Of a stretch of DNA of 59,560 nucleotides, positions 27,642 through 36,550 are shown one piece after another; position 1 is the stretch's first letter, and each line of letters begins with the position of its first letter. The position numbers were made by a program, and so were the translations under genes. The stretch is from a bacterium (GTDB lineage: Bacteria; Patescibacteriota; Minisyncoccia; Phycocordibacterales; UBA6899), in the NCBI GenBank assembly GCA_021851895.1, contig JAJZQJ010000009.1:1-59560 (forward strand), written 5' to 3'. The notes beneath the pieces are model-generated. The model had not been told where the DNA came from and did not search any database. It worked only from the letters and a program-made list of their open reading frames with translations.

Positions 27642-29300
27642 ATGACAAGTGAACAGTTAGCACGTGAATTACAGACTTTGATCAAGGGTGATGTCGTCTA
27701 TGACGACAAGACGCTTGATCGTATGAGTCACGACATGAGTATCTTCGAAATGAGGCCACTTATCGTTGTTTATCCTAAAGATGCCGTTGATGTATCGATC
27801 ATCGTGAGATTTGTGAAGATGAAGAAGGCGGCCGGTGAGGATATCTCTATCACCCCTCGGGCTGCTGGAAGCGATATGTCTGGTGGTGTACTTACGACGA
27901 GCGTATCTATCGTATACACGAAGTATATGAATCAGCTCAAGGAGGTTGGTGATGACTATGCGGTCGTCGAGCCCGGCATGTTCTATCGAGATTTCGATGT
28001 CGAGACAAAGAAGCATGATGGGCTTATCCTTCCAAGTTTTCCTGCTTCGCGTGAGATCTGTGCGCTTGGCGGCATGATCAGCAATAATTCTGGAGGTGAG
28101 CTTAATCTCATGTATGGAAAGACGGAGCGTTATGTGCAAGGTCTCTCCGTGACACTCTCCGATGGTTCCACGGCGGAATTCAAGAAGCTCTCGTTGCGTG
28201 AGCTTGAGGACAAAAAGAATGGAAGCACGCTCGAGGCACAGATCTATCGCGACATGCATCGTCTTATCGTCGATCATCGTGATGAGATAAGAGACGCTGC
28301 TCCTTCGGTGACGAAGAATTCAGCGGGCTATGCATTGTGGGATGTTCTTGATGAACAGGCAGGTACATTCGATCTTTCTCGATTGCTCGTCGGCGCGCAG
28401 GGGACACTCGCACTCATCAATGAGGCAAGAGTTGGTCTCGTCAGACCAAAGAAACATCGTGCGATGATGGTCGCATTTCTCAATGATCTCAAGGATGTGC
28501 CCGAGGTGATGCATCGGATACTTCCACTTGGCCCAGAATCATGCGAGTCGTATGATGAGAATACGCTTAAGTTGGCATTACGCTTCTTCCCGCAGCTCTT
28601 CTCTCAGCTCGGAGTGATGAATATGATAAGGCTTGGCGTGTCGTTCGTTCCTGAGCTTATGATGTTCATACGTGGAGGAGCTCCTGATCTCATCATCATG
28701 GTGGAGTTCGCAGAGGATTCCGATGAAGAGGCACTCAAGAAGGCACGTGCTGCAGTGTGGGAGTTGCGTGATATGCATGCGACAACTGAGGTGGTGCATA
28801 CCGCTCTCGGAGCGAAGAAGTTCTGGACGATACGTCGCGAGAGCTTCAGCTTACTACGCAAGAATCCTAAGGGTCTTAAGGCGGCACCATTCATCGATGA
28901 CTTCGTTGTGCACGTCGACGATCTACCCGAATTCCTTCCCGAGCTCAGCGCATTGCTTGCACCTTATCATCTCACGTTCACTATTGCAGGGCACGTTGGT
29001 GATGGAAACTTCCATATCATTCCGTTGATGGATCTTACTGATCCTAAGGCACACGATATCATCCTCGAGCTCTCGATGAAGGTGTATGCGCTCGTGAATA
29101 AATACCATGGCTCAATAACCGGCGAGCATAATGATGGTATCATTCGCACACCTTACCTCCCGATGATGTTCAATAAGACCATGCTCGAGTTGTTCGCACA
29201 GACGAAGAAGATCTTCGATCCGCAAAACATCTTGAACCCTGGAAAGAAGGTTGGAGGATCTGTTGATGACATCAAGCGCTACATGATCGTTCATAAATAA
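27642..29300 (+). CDS. FAD-binding oxidoreductase (GlcD/D-lactate dehydrogenase-like)
   Basis: PRAAGS..GG, GGMISNNSGG, GAQGTL, GHVGDGNFH, GEHNDG, LNPGK. Confidence 0.9.
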   Translation: MTSEQLARELQTLIKGDVVYDDKTLDRMSHDMSIFEMRPLIVVYPKDAVDVSIIVRFVKMKKAAGEDISITPRAAGSDMSGGVLTTSVSIVYTKYMNQLKEVGDDYAVVEPGMFYRDFDVETKKHDGLILPSFPASREICALGGMISNNSGGELNLMYGKTERYVQGLSVTLSDGSTAEFKKLSLRELEDKKNGSTLEAQIYRDMHRLIVDHRDEIRDAAPSVTKNSAGYALWDVLDEQAGTFDLSRLLVGAQGTLALINEARVGLVRPKKHRAMMVAFLNDLKDVPEVMHRILPLGPESCESYDENTLKLALRFFPQLFSQLGVMNMIRLGVSFVPELMMFIRGGAPDLIIMVEFAEDSDEEALKKARAAVWELRDMHATTEVVHTALGAKKFWTIRRESFSLLRKNPKGLKAAPFIDDFVVHVDDLPEFLPELSALLAPYHLTFTIAGHVGDGNFHIIPLMDLTDPKAHDIILELSMKVYALVNKYHGSITGEHNDGIIRTPYLPMMFNKTMLELFAQTKKIFDPQNILNPGKKVGGSVDDIKRYMIVHK

Positions 29301-29375
29301 AAACAAAAACCGCTTCAGCGGTTTTTGTTTTATTTTGTTTGGGATATAAGCTTTAGATTTGGGATGCGATTATTC

Positions 29376-29501
29376 CTAACTTCAGAATTTAAATGAAATT
29401 TGCCCCGCTGGAGACATGTGAACTCTAGCGAGCCGTATGGGTTATACGGTGAGCGAGTCACATGTTGAAGCGAGGCAAAGTTCGTTAAATTCGGAAGTTA
29501 G
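29376..29501. repeat. Long imperfect palindrome (REP-like) overlapping the nrdJ stop codon
   Basis: CTAACTTCAGAATTTAA...TTAAATTCGGAAGTTAG arms with inner ACATGTGA/TCACATGT and CCGTAT/ATACGG stems. Confidence 0.75.
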
Positions 29502-31783
29502 ATCTCACAGACACCTGAGGAGCATGCCAATTCCTTTGCCCCCTGTGTCTCATCGACACGCTCATAGGATACGATCTTTGAGAAGTCGATATGCTCCCAT
29601 TTCTTTAGAAGTTCCTCATACTGCGCCTTCGAGATCTCCTCATATGGAGCGAGCTGGTAGACGTGATTTTCACGAGGAAGGAATGCAAGTCCTCCGATGA
29701 TCTCCCAGTTTTCGTAAACCCATGTTGCTACCTTGAGCCATTCGTCTTCACCGATAGAAACGGTGACTGATGGATTGTGCTCGGTGTAGTGCTGCTTTAC
29801 GATCTTCCAGTGGTCAAGCTGGTCGATTGCGCTAATGTCGTTCTTGAATGTAGAGCCGCCAGGAGCCTTTACTGGGAAGTCGATGACGTAGGTCGCTGCA
29901 TTCTCCGCGTTCTGTCCGACTTCAGGTGAGTAAGGAACTCCTTGGTCGCGAAGCATGCGGAAGAGGCTGTCTGTTGCAGAGATGCGAATGCGGCGAATGT
30001 AGTAAGGTGCATGGCGTGGGTGCATTCCAGATGATGCATCGACGAGCTGTGACACCGTACCTGATGGCTTCACACAAGTGACTGCGGTCGATGCGTTGAT
30101 GCCAAGGCGCTTTGCATAGATCTTGTTGGTCTCGATCGCTGCATCACGGAGCTCGGAGAGAAGCTCAGCGTCATGCATTGGATCTGGATTATCCCATTGG
30201 CCCGTCAGCGAAACGCCGAGCAGGCGCTCTTCCTCACAGTTCTTCTTCCACTCCTTTGAGAGGTAGCGGAAGTTCGTGAGTGAAGACTGGTAGGTTCCCA
30301 GCATTGCTGCGAGGCGCACCTTGCGGAGCAATGATTCCTTGGTGTCTTCAGCACGTACGACGACTTCTGAGAGGTTGCAGAATTGCTTTGAGCGGAGAAT
30401 GATCTCACCACAAGGATTTGTACCCGCGGTATCGATGTAGCCACTGAAGTTCTTCGCGCGACGTGCGGGGAGTTGCTTCATGAGTGAGCCGCGATTGAAG
30501 ATACCGCGCTCACCCGATCCTGACTTCATGAGCGCTGTCCACTCGTCAACGAACTCTGTGATCGTCGGCTTCTGTGTATATGTCGCAGAGTTGTTTGCGA
30601 TCATGCGCTGCGGTTCGTTCAGGTAGAACTGTCCACTCTTTGCGTTACGCATATCATGGTCTTCAAGCTCCGAGAGGGAGATGAGTGCGCTTCTGCGGAC
30701 TCCACCAGAGACGACGACTTCACCGATCTTGCAGATGATGTCGTGAACATCGATGTTCGTGAGTCGCTTACCTTGGCGGCGGAAGATCTTTTCGCGAGCG
30801 AAATTGATGAGTGAACGCAATGGCTCTGGGCCAGAGGACTTGCCACCCATGGTCATGAGGCGAGCACCAGCGGGACGAAGTTGCGAGTAGTCGAAATCGA
30901 TATCTTCACCTTCGTACCAAGTCTTGAGACCTATCGCGAGTGCATCTGCCCATCCCTCCTTCGAATCGCCGACGACATGTGTTTTTGCTTTCTTGCCTGT
31001 TTGTTTCTTGATCTGTGGGAGTTGTTGTACCGTGTTGCTCTCAACAGAGAATCCGACTCCGGTGCCACACATCGAGAGGTACATGATCTCTGCGAAATCT
31101 TGAAGTTTTGTTGGAGCGATGAAGGAGCAGTTATATCCCGTGACATTCGTCTTGCGTGCTGCAGGTCCTGCGCTCCACATGAGTCGCATCGATGGCATGA
31201 TCTCGTGCGCAAGGATCGCTTCACGAAGCTCTGCATATTCCTTGTCCTTGAACTTGCCATCGATATTCTCTTTCATGAAAGCAATATAGCGATCGACGGT
31301 TTCGATCCACGTTTCGCGGCGGCCTTCCTCCTCTATCCAGCGTGAGTATGAACGATAGTAGACGAACTCTGCGAGTGCATTGCGGAAGTATTTCTTGCTT
31401 TCGACTGCGAGCTCTCGGACGCGTGATGGGACGATACCTGTCGTCTCGCGGATCTTCTTGTGCTCCTCACGGTAGAGGATGTATGCCTTCGCTGTGCGTG
31501 CGTAACCACAGAGTATGAGCTCTGTCTCCACCGCATCCTGAATATCTTCGACATCGATAACGTATCCCTTCTTGCGTGTCTTCTGGATTTTCGTGAGTGA
31601 AGTGACGATGCGGTTTGCAACTTTTTGTGCGTCGGCCACGGTGCCTTCGCCTACTGCGGTCATTGCGCGCTCGATCGCGCTGATGATACGAGTCTTATCG
31701 AACGGGACGGTGGCATTATCGCGCTTGCGAATCATGTCGAGCCCGGCCTTCTTCGATGAAGTTTTTGCTGGTGTGTTCTTCAT
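29498..31783 (-). CDS. nrdJ: Class II (adenosylcobalamin-dependent) ribonucleotide reductase with N-terminal ATP cone
   Basis: ATP cone (IRKRD..VPFD..RI..AI..A), PSMR, YNC, TNPCGEI, CVKPSGT, C-terminal CSSGVCEI; start may be 31810. Confidence 0.9.
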   Translation of the reverse strand: MKNTPAKTSSKKAGLDMIRKRDNATVPFDKTRIISAIERAMTAVGEGTVADAQKVANRIVTSLTKIQKTRKKGYVIDVEDIQDAVETELILCGYARTAKAYILYREEHKKIRETTGIVPSRVRELAVESKKYFRNALAEFVYYRSYSRWIEEEGRRETWIETVDRYIAFMKENIDGKFKDKEYAELREAILAHEIMPSMRLMWSAGPAARKTNVTGYNCSFIAPTKLQDFAEIMYLSMCGTGVGFSVESNTVQQLPQIKKQTGKKAKTHVVGDSKEGWADALAIGLKTWYEGEDIDFDYSQLRPAGARLMTMGGKSSGPEPLRSLINFAREKIFRRQGKRLTNIDVHDIICKIGEVVVSGGVRRSALISLSELEDHDMRNAKSGQFYLNEPQRMIANNSATYTQKPTITEFVDEWTALMKSGSGERGIFNRGSLMKQLPARRAKNFSGYIDTAGTNPCGEIILRSKQFCNLSEVVVRAEDTKESLLRKVRLAAMLGTYQSSLTNFRYLSKEWKKNCEEERLLGVSLTGQWDNPDPMHDAELLSELRDAAIETNKIYAKRLGINASTAVTCVKPSGTVSQLVDASSGMHPRHAPYYIRRIRISATDSLFRMLRDQGVPYSPEVGQNAENAATYVIDFPVKAPGGSTFKNDISAIDQLDHWKIVKQHYTEHNPSVTVSIGEDEWLKVATWVYENWEIIGGLAFLPRENHVYQLAPYEEISKAQYEELLKKWEHIDFSKIVSYERVDETQGAKELACSSGVCEI

Positions 31784-32041
31784 GGTGTGTAAAAGGCTTG
31801 CCTTGGTCATCGGCAGGCCTGCTATTAAAAATGCAGGAATGTCTCTCCTTGCGGCGCAAGTTTTGCCGTAAGGAGAAACATCAGTGCCTCCCCATTGTAC
31901 ACCAGGGACCCTATTCGATATGTGGACAGTAATATGGCCTTATATATAGATAAAATCGATAAATTAGGTCATAGAATATTACGGTTCGCAAGGGGCTCTC
32001 AAATAGTGAAAAACCACCTCATTCGATCGAGGTGGTTGTTT

Positions 32042-32752
32042 TCATTTTTGCACGCTCCTGAGTGTCGAAGCGAGTGTCATCGCTGCAATTGCAGCGGTCT
32101 CTGCACGAAGTACGAATGTAGGAAGCTGAATAAGTTTTCCTCGTGATTGCAGGGCATCGATCTCGTGCTCGGCCCATCCTCCTTCCGGTCCGATGAAGAG
32201 GGCGAGCTCATCCCGGGTAAATATCTGAGGATCGAAATTCGTTCCGGTTGGATCGAAGCCGATGATCGCAGTATTGCTTGGAAGTTCGTCGAGCGCATGT
32301 TCGAAGTCTGTTGGTATATGTACTTTCGGTATATCTGTACGACCGCATTGCTCTGAAGCTTCGATGAGGATACGCTCGGCGCGTTCTTTGTTCAAGCCTT
32401 TTTTCTCACTGCGCTCACTGATGATAGGGATGATCTCTGTTGCACCGAGCTCCGTCGCTTTTTGCAGTATGAGATCGAAGTTGTCTTTTTTTACGAGTGC
32501 AGCACAGAGGATGAGTGGTCGCTGAGCGCGCGCTCCATGAGCGGTGCTGCGTACACGAAGTGTTGCTGATTTTCGATCGATCGTTTCAAGTGCACAGATA
32601 TATTCTTCGTTTGATGTATTGAAGAGTATAACTTCATCTCCTTCGTGCATTCGAAAGACGTTCTTCCACTGATGGATGAGGTCGATGCTGTTGATCGTGA
32701 TGTTTGCTCCCGATGGGTGTACATCTCCGATATAGAAACGGTGAAGTCGCAT
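32042..32752 (-). CDS. rsmE: 16S rRNA m3U1498 methyltransferase
   Basis: QKATELG, EASEQCGR, IGPEGG, VLRAETAA. Confidence 0.95.
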   Translation of the reverse strand: MRLHRFYIGDVHPSGANITINSIDLIHQWKNVFRMHEGDEVILFNTSNEEYICALETIDRKSATLRVRSTAHGARAQRPLILCAALVKKDNFDLILQKATELGATEIIPIISERSEKKGLNKERAERILIEASEQCGRTDIPKVHIPTDFEHALDELPSNTAIIGFDPTGTNFDPQIFTRDELALFIGPEGGWAEHEIDALQSRGKLIQLPTFVLRAETAAIAAMTLASTLRSVQK

Positions 32753-32760
32753 AGTTAGTG

Positions 32761-32795
32761 AGAAGTAAGAAGTAAGAAGTAAGAAGTGAGGAGTA
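32761..32795. repeat. Heptamer tandem repeat (AGAAGTA)n
   Basis: Three perfect and two degenerate units just upstream of rsmE. Confidence 0.8.
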
Positions 32796-32867
32796 AAAAG
32801 GAAGGGGGAGCAGGCAAGATGTATTCGGATCTGACCTCCTTGCTCCTCGCTAGCCCCCCGCACTCTA

Positions 32868-33281
32868 CTAGAGCTCTTTGCGAATAGCGATCGCTGTAGA
32901 TGCGATCTCCTCGGCGGTGAGTTTCTTTCCTTGCCAATGTTCATGTCCATCTCCGTCGAAACGAGGCATGACGTGTACGTGTGCATGGAATATGACTTGG
33001 CCTGCAGCAGATCCATTATTAATACCGATGTTTATACCGTCTGCGCTGACTGCGCGTTGGATGACCGGTGCAAGCATGCGCACGGTTTCCATGACCGCGG
33101 CAAGATCATCCTTGCGGATGGTCATGATATTTTCCGCGTGATGTTTCGGAATGACCAAAGTGTGACCTTTGTTTATTGGGTTGATGTCGAGGAATGCAAA
33201 AGTATGGTCGTCCTCGTAGACTTTTTCTGAGGGAATGGTGCCTGATGCGATCTTACAAAAAAGACAATCTTCTGGTGACAT
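32868..33281 (-). CDS. HIT family hydrolase
   Basis: CLFCKI, GHTLVIPK, HAHVHVMPR. Confidence 0.95.
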   Translation of the reverse strand: MSPEDCLFCKIASGTIPSEKVYEDDHTFAFLDINPINKGHTLVIPKHHAENIMTIRKDDLAAVMETVRMLAPVIQRAVSADGINIGINNGSAAGQVIFHAHVHVMPRFDGDGHEHWQGKKLTAEEIASTAIAIRKEL

Positions 33282-33320
33282 AATTGGAGTTTTTATGGTT
33301 ATGTTACAATTATAGTCCAT

Positions 33321-33986
33321 ATGATCTTGAAAACAAATCTCCATCTTCATACAAATGACGACCCCGAAGACGGTCTCCAATATTCCTTCATACAAGCACT
33401 TGATGAGGCGAAACGTCTCGGTTTTGGCTGCCTCGCGCTTACCTGTCATAATAAATTCATCGATGATCCGACGTATGCAGCAGCCGCGAAAGAGCGAGGC
33501 ATACTTTTCATTCCGGGGATAGAATTATCCATCAACCGACAGCATGTCGTCATATTGAATGCAGACAAGAGTGTTGAGAAGGTGGGGAGCTTGCAGCAAC
33601 TCGCGCGCTATAAGGCGGAGCACCCTGAGATCTTCATTCTCGCACCGCATCCATACTTCAAGACCGCCTTTTGTCTCGGTGAGGAGCTCGAGAAGCACCA
33701 AGAGCTCTTTGATGCGATAGAGCGCTCATGGTTCTATACAAAAAGAATCGACATGAACGTGAAGGCTGAGGCATTCGCGAAGTCTACGAATAAACCATAT
33801 GTCGCGACATCGGATCTCCATGACCTACGTTTCATGGATGTGAGTTATGCGAATATCGAAGTAGAAGAGCAGAGCATCCACGCTGTGTTCGCAGCCCTTC
33901 GCGCACAGAAATTCAGCAATGTCTCATCTCCGAGGAAGTTATTTCGTGAGCTTATTCCGTATTTCTTTTACCGCATACTTCTCTAA
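33321..33986 (+). CDS. PHP domain protein
   Basis: NLHLHT, LTCHN, PGIE, APHP, SDLH. Confidence 0.85.
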   Translation: MILKTNLHLHTNDDPEDGLQYSFIQALDEAKRLGFGCLALTCHNKFIDDPTYAAAAKERGILFIPGIELSINRQHVVILNADKSVEKVGSLQQLARYKAEHPEIFILAPHPYFKTAFCLGEELEKHQELFDAIERSWFYTKRIDMNVKAEAFAKSTNKPYVATSDLHDLRFMDVSYANIEVEEQSIHAVFAALRAQKFSNVSSPRKLFRELIPYFFYRILL

Positions 33987-34045
33987 AGAGTCGAAGTGTG
34001 TTCTGGCCTCCTTTGGGAGGTTTTGTTTATGCTAAGATATGCGAC

Positions 34046-35701
34046 ATGCATCCCCTGACTGACCAACTCCTCCGCAATCGAGGAATCATCGACCCTGAAG
34101 AACAACAGCGTTTTCTCGTGCCTGATTATGGTCGTGATGTGCGTGATCCTTTCGGCATACTTGGCATGGACAAGGCAGTAAGTCGTATTCTTGATGCCAT
34201 GCGCGGGGGTGAGGAGATCGTCATATTTGGGGATTACGATTGTGATGGAATTCCTGGATCAGTTATCTTGCACGATCTGTTTACGAAGATAGGCTATGCG
34301 AATTTTCGTAATTATATTCCTCATCGCCATAATGAGGGATACGGACTTTCCGTGGCTGCGATCGAGCGCTTCATTGAAGAGGGTGTTGGTTTGGTGATTA
34401 CGGTTGACTGCGGTATCACCGATGTTGCCGCAATTACGAAGGCCAAAGAGGCTGGCCTCGATGTCATCATTACCGATCACCATCTCCCTGGCCCTGTACT
34501 GCCACCTGCATTCGCTGTCCTCAACTCAAAGCAAGAAGGGGATACCTATCATGACAATATGCTCTGTGGCGCGGGTGTCGCATTCAAGCTCGCTCAAGGC
34601 ATCCTTGCGCGCGGTGGGTTTGATGATATACCGACGGGGTGGGAAAAGTGGTTGCTCGATATGGCTGGCGTTGCGACGATCGCAGACATGGTGCCGCTCA
34701 CAAAAGAAAATCGTGCATTGGCATATTTCGGTCTCAAGGTATTGCGTCGCTCAGGGAGACCAGGCTTGCGTGCTTTACTCTCGACAGCAAAAGTCGATCA
34801 GCGATTTATTACCGAAGAGGACGTCGGCTTTACGATCGCTCCAAGGATCAATGCGGCATCGCGCATGGCAGAGCCTATTGCAGCATTTCATATGCTCGCA
34901 ACCGAAGATGAAGCAAAGGCCATAGATCACGCACGCGCACTTGAGAAATTGAATGATTCTCGAAAGCTCGCGACGAAAGCAATGGCAAAAGAGGCGCATG
35001 CGCAGATAGGAGAGCGGAAGAAACTCCCCGAAGTACTTGTTGTTGGTAAACAGGGATGGGCCGTCGGTGTCGCAGGCATTGTGGCTGCGCAGCTCGTAGA
35101 GCATTATCAGCGCCCCGTCTTTGTCTGGTGTGGAGATGGTGACTCTATAAAAGGATCTTGTCGGTCGGATGGTACGATAAGTGTCGTTGAGTTGATGCAT
35201 GCAGTTACTGATGAGGTCTTTGTTGCACGTGGCGGACATGCAAATGCTGGTGGTTTCTCGGTAAACCCCGCACATATCGACGAGCTCGAAGATGCACTGA
35301 ACCGAGCGTATAAGACGATCGAAAAGCATATACTCCCAGAGAATCTTTATGAGCTTGATGGGCAGCTGCAACTTTCCGAAGTGTCTCGTGATACATTTGC
35401 CGCAATTGCTGCACTCGCGCCATTTGGAGAAGGAAACCCTCGCCCCATCTTTGCTTTTCGTGGAGTGCGCGTCGCTGATGTGCAGATGTTTGGAAAGACG
35501 AAGGAGCACTTGAAGGTTACACTTATCGACGAATCGGGAAGTATGAGTGAGGCGATCGCTTGGTATAAACATCAGAAGAGTTACCCACATGTCTCAATAG
35601 AGAAGGGTATGAACATTACGATGATCGCACATATCGAAGAGTCCCGCTTCCTCGGGAAAGTACAATTACGATTGCGTATCGTCGATGTGTTACCAGCATA
35701 A
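34046..35701 (+). CDS. recJ: Single-stranded DNA exonuclease RecJ
   Basis: GDYDCDG, TVDCG, TDHH, APRINAASR, GGH..AGG, PFGEGNP. Confidence 0.97.
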   Translation: MHPLTDQLLRNRGIIDPEEQQRFLVPDYGRDVRDPFGILGMDKAVSRILDAMRGGEEIVIFGDYDCDGIPGSVILHDLFTKIGYANFRNYIPHRHNEGYGLSVAAIERFIEEGVGLVITVDCGITDVAAITKAKEAGLDVIITDHHLPGPVLPPAFAVLNSKQEGDTYHDNMLCGAGVAFKLAQGILARGGFDDIPTGWEKWLLDMAGVATIADMVPLTKENRALAYFGLKVLRRSGRPGLRALLSTAKVDQRFITEEDVGFTIAPRINAASRMAEPIAAFHMLATEDEAKAIDHARALEKLNDSRKLATKAMAKEAHAQIGERKKLPEVLVVGKQGWAVGVAGIVAAQLVEHYQRPVFVWCGDGDSIKGSCRSDGTISVVELMHAVTDEVFVARGGHANAGGFSVNPAHIDELEDALNRAYKTIEKHILPENLYELDGQLQLSEVSRDTFAAIAALAPFGEGNPRPIFAFRGVRVADVQMFGKTKEHLKVTLIDESGSMSEAIAWYKHQKSYPHVSIEKGMNITMIAHIEESRFLGKVQLRLRIVDVLPA

Positions 35702-35730
35702 AAAAGAGGCGCTTGCGCCTCTTTTTGCAT

Positions 35731-36462
35731 TTATAGTTTCACGCCCCAGCTTTTGAGTATTGCTTCCTCCTCAGCTTCAGTAAGCGCTTTTTTATATTTC
35801 ACTCCTGGTTTGCCTTTGACTCTCGCCTCGCACTCTGCCCATGTTTTGTGGCGCTTCACTTTTCCATCGACGAGTGACAGATAAGAATATGCTGGCCCCG
35901 AACGTTTCTTGATCGAGTCTTTCTTTTCCATTGCGGTTGGATCGATACCGACATTAAGGATGTCTATCGCATAGTCAGAGAGTTTCCCGTTGTAGAGTTC
36001 GGGGTCGTCTTTGCGTGCGAACGAGGTCGCGATCGTATCACAGCGTTCATTTCCAGACACTCCGACATGACCGGGGACATATTGGAAATGCACCGCCCCG
36101 TGTTTCTTGTGTGCATCAATGCGCGCATCGATCTCTTCAAAGAGCTCGCGATGTAAGACGGGTTGCTTCGTTGTCGTCTTCCATCCATTCTTTTTCCATC
36201 CGTGGAGCCATTTCGTCACTGCGTTGATGACATATTGAGAGTCTGTGCAGCAGAGTACATCGCCTCGTTCACCTTCAATACGGCGTAGTCCCATGAGGAG
36301 CGCCATGATCTCCATGCGGTTATTTGTTGTGTGTTCCTCGTAACCACCGAGCTCAGTGATCAGCTTCTTTGATAGGATGACGACGGTGCCCCATCCTCCG
36401 GGGCCTGGATTTCCGAGTGCAGCACCGTCAGAGAAAATGATGTGCGTATACTTTTCAAGCAT
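35731..36462 (-). CDS. rnhA: Ribonuclease HI with C-terminal Cauli_VI (hybrid-binding-like) domain
   Basis: DGAALGNPGPGGWG, TTNNRME, TDSQY, GHVG..GNERCD; C-terminal HKTWAECEARVKG. Confidence 0.92.
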   Translation of the reverse strand: MLEKYTHIIFSDGAALGNPGPGGWGTVVILSKKLITELGGYEEHTTNNRMEIMALLMGLRRIEGERGDVLCCTDSQYVINAVTKWLHGWKKNGWKTTTKQPVLHRELFEEIDARIDAHKKHGAVHFQYVPGHVGVSGNERCDTIATSFARKDDPELYNGKLSDYAIDILNVGIDPTAMEKKDSIKKRSGPAYSYLSLVDGKVKRHKTWAECEARVKGKPGVKYKKALTEAEEEAILKSWGVKL

Positions 36463-36550
36463 TTCTAGAGTATACCATTGTGGACAAGCAGTGGGTAGTT
36501 TGGGGATACTATGTATCTTGCATGTTGGTAACTTATATTATACTTGTGAG

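Noticed and set aside
29498-31783. Intein or intron in nrdJ
   Set aside because: The ORF is continuous, of normal length, and shows no splice-junction or homing endonuclease motifs.
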